Shown here: positions 63,211 through 64,000 of the stretch, in pieces
Position numbering within the stretch: position 1 is the stretch's first letter
Layout: each line of letters opens with the position of its first letter
Assembly (NCBI GenBank): GCA_028712885.1
Contig: JAQTPK010000003.1
Span: 11,129-75,128, forward strand
From: Syntrophales bacterium
GTDB lineage: Bacteria > Desulfobacterota > Syntrophia > Syntrophales > UBA4778
Reading direction: 5' to 3'
DNA length: 64,000 bases
Notes under the pieces: model-generated
The model's input: only the letters and a program-made list of their open reading frames with translations
The model's database searches: none
What the model was told of the DNA's origin: nothing
Position numbers and translations under genes: made by a program

Positions 63211-63987
63211 TCAGAACGGTTTCGGCGTGAAGGTCGCCGCGAACAGGAAGAGCGTGAGCCAGCCGATCTTTTTTCTGCGCCCGTCCAGGGGGATCCAGTC
63301 ATAAATAACGGGAGGGTGATGGACGCCGATGAACAGGAGGAACGCCGCCCAGAAGAGCCATCCCGGCCACTCCGTCATGCCGAGTATCACCAGCAGGAGC
63401 ATGATCGCCACGGCGACAATACGCTGCCTGCGGCCGAAAATGGCGTACGCTACGTGGCCGCCGTCGAGCTGGCCCACGGGAAGCAGGTTCAGGGAGGTTA
63501 CAAGCAGGCCGATCCATCCGGAAAAAGCGATGGGATGAAGCATCACGTCCATTTGGTCGGGAATGGACCCGTGCACGATCCAGTTCAAACATGAAAAAAG
63601 GAGTGAGCTCCCCAGCGACAATCCCGCCTGGGGGACGGCAGGCACTATTTCCGACAGGATAAGCCCGACAAACAGGACCGGAACCGCAACGACCAGTCCG
63701 GACAGGGGGCCGGCCACTCCAATATCCAGGAGCGTCCGGCGGTCCATAATAGGGGATTTCATTTTAATGAACGCGCCGAATGTCCCGATAATGGACGGAG
63801 CCGGGATGAAATAAGGCAGGGTTACTCTGACCCCGCGCATGCGCGAGACGAAATAATGGCCGAATTCATGGGCGCCCAGGATAAGAATGAGGGTGAAGGA
63901 AAAGGGTATTCCCTTCCAGATATCTTCGGGATTTTCGAGAAGATCGGCCCCCTGCTGGAGACTGCCGGCGACCAGCGTTGCACCCAC
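63211..63987 (-). CDS. M50 site-2-protease-family zinc metalloprotease (possibly 5'-truncated by the window edge)
   Basis: HEFGHYFVSRMRG (HExxH) and LLPVGQLDGGHV motifs. The reading frame stays open from 63987 to base 64000, so the real start may lie outside the window. Confidence 0.8.
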   Translation of the reverse strand: MGATLVAGSLQQGADLLENPEDIWKGIPFSFTLILILGAHEFGHYFVSRMRGVRVTLPYFIPAPSIIGTFGAFIKMKSPIMDRRTLLDIGVAGPLSGLVVAVPVLFVGLILSEIVPAVPQAGLSLGSSLLFSCLNWIVHGSIPDQMDVMLHPIAFSGWIGLLVTSLNLLPVGQLDGGHVAYAIFGRRQRIVAVAIMLLLVILGMTEWPGWLFWAAFLLFIGVHHPPVIYDWIPLDGRRKKIGWLTLFLFAATFTPKPF

Positions 63988-64000
63988 CGTGAGAAGGAAA

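Overview
This is a chromosomal window. Its gene content suggests an anaerobic, deltaproteobacterium-like organism, but that is inference only because no searches were possible.

Layout:
- **1-17.3 kb:** an edge-truncated sigma-54 activator that is missing from the ORF track. It diverges from a 15-gene acyl-CoA catabolic operon: one true thiolase, two Cys-less thiolase-fold paralogs, two DUF35 proteins, four acyl-CoA dehydrogenases, a CrtI-like flavoprotein, HBD, two crotonases and a CoA-transferase.
- **17.3-26.0 kb, minus strand:** NMO/FabK-like reductase, membrane-anchored TAXI binding protein, DUF748/AsmA-like giant, DUF554, a divergent AbfD-family enzyme and a PP2C-like protein.
- **26.5-32.8 kb:** two histidine kinases, a CheY, and a REC-HD-GYP regulator.
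- **32.9-35.7 kb:** a small decayed islet at an initiator tRNA-Met, flanked by a 27-nt direct repeat. It carries HepT/MNT and AbiEi plus a dead AbiEii.
- **35.8-64 kb:** housekeeping genes. These are a REC-cyclase, ahcY, metK, panDC, ilvB with a Val-rich leader and attenuator, queD, folE2, a GerW/DUF2953 pair, a fused spermidine-synthase-like protein, an RND efflux locus with two TolC-like proteins, UbiB/phasin, TlpA/CcdA, a metal ABC importer and an M50 protease.

The most unusual features are the Cys-less thiolase/DUF35 set and a pervasive family of intergenic repeats. These are arrays of 7-9-nt degenerate 'words', usually arranged as inverted pairs, together with two MITE-like palindromic elements.

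All family calls rest on motifs read by eye.
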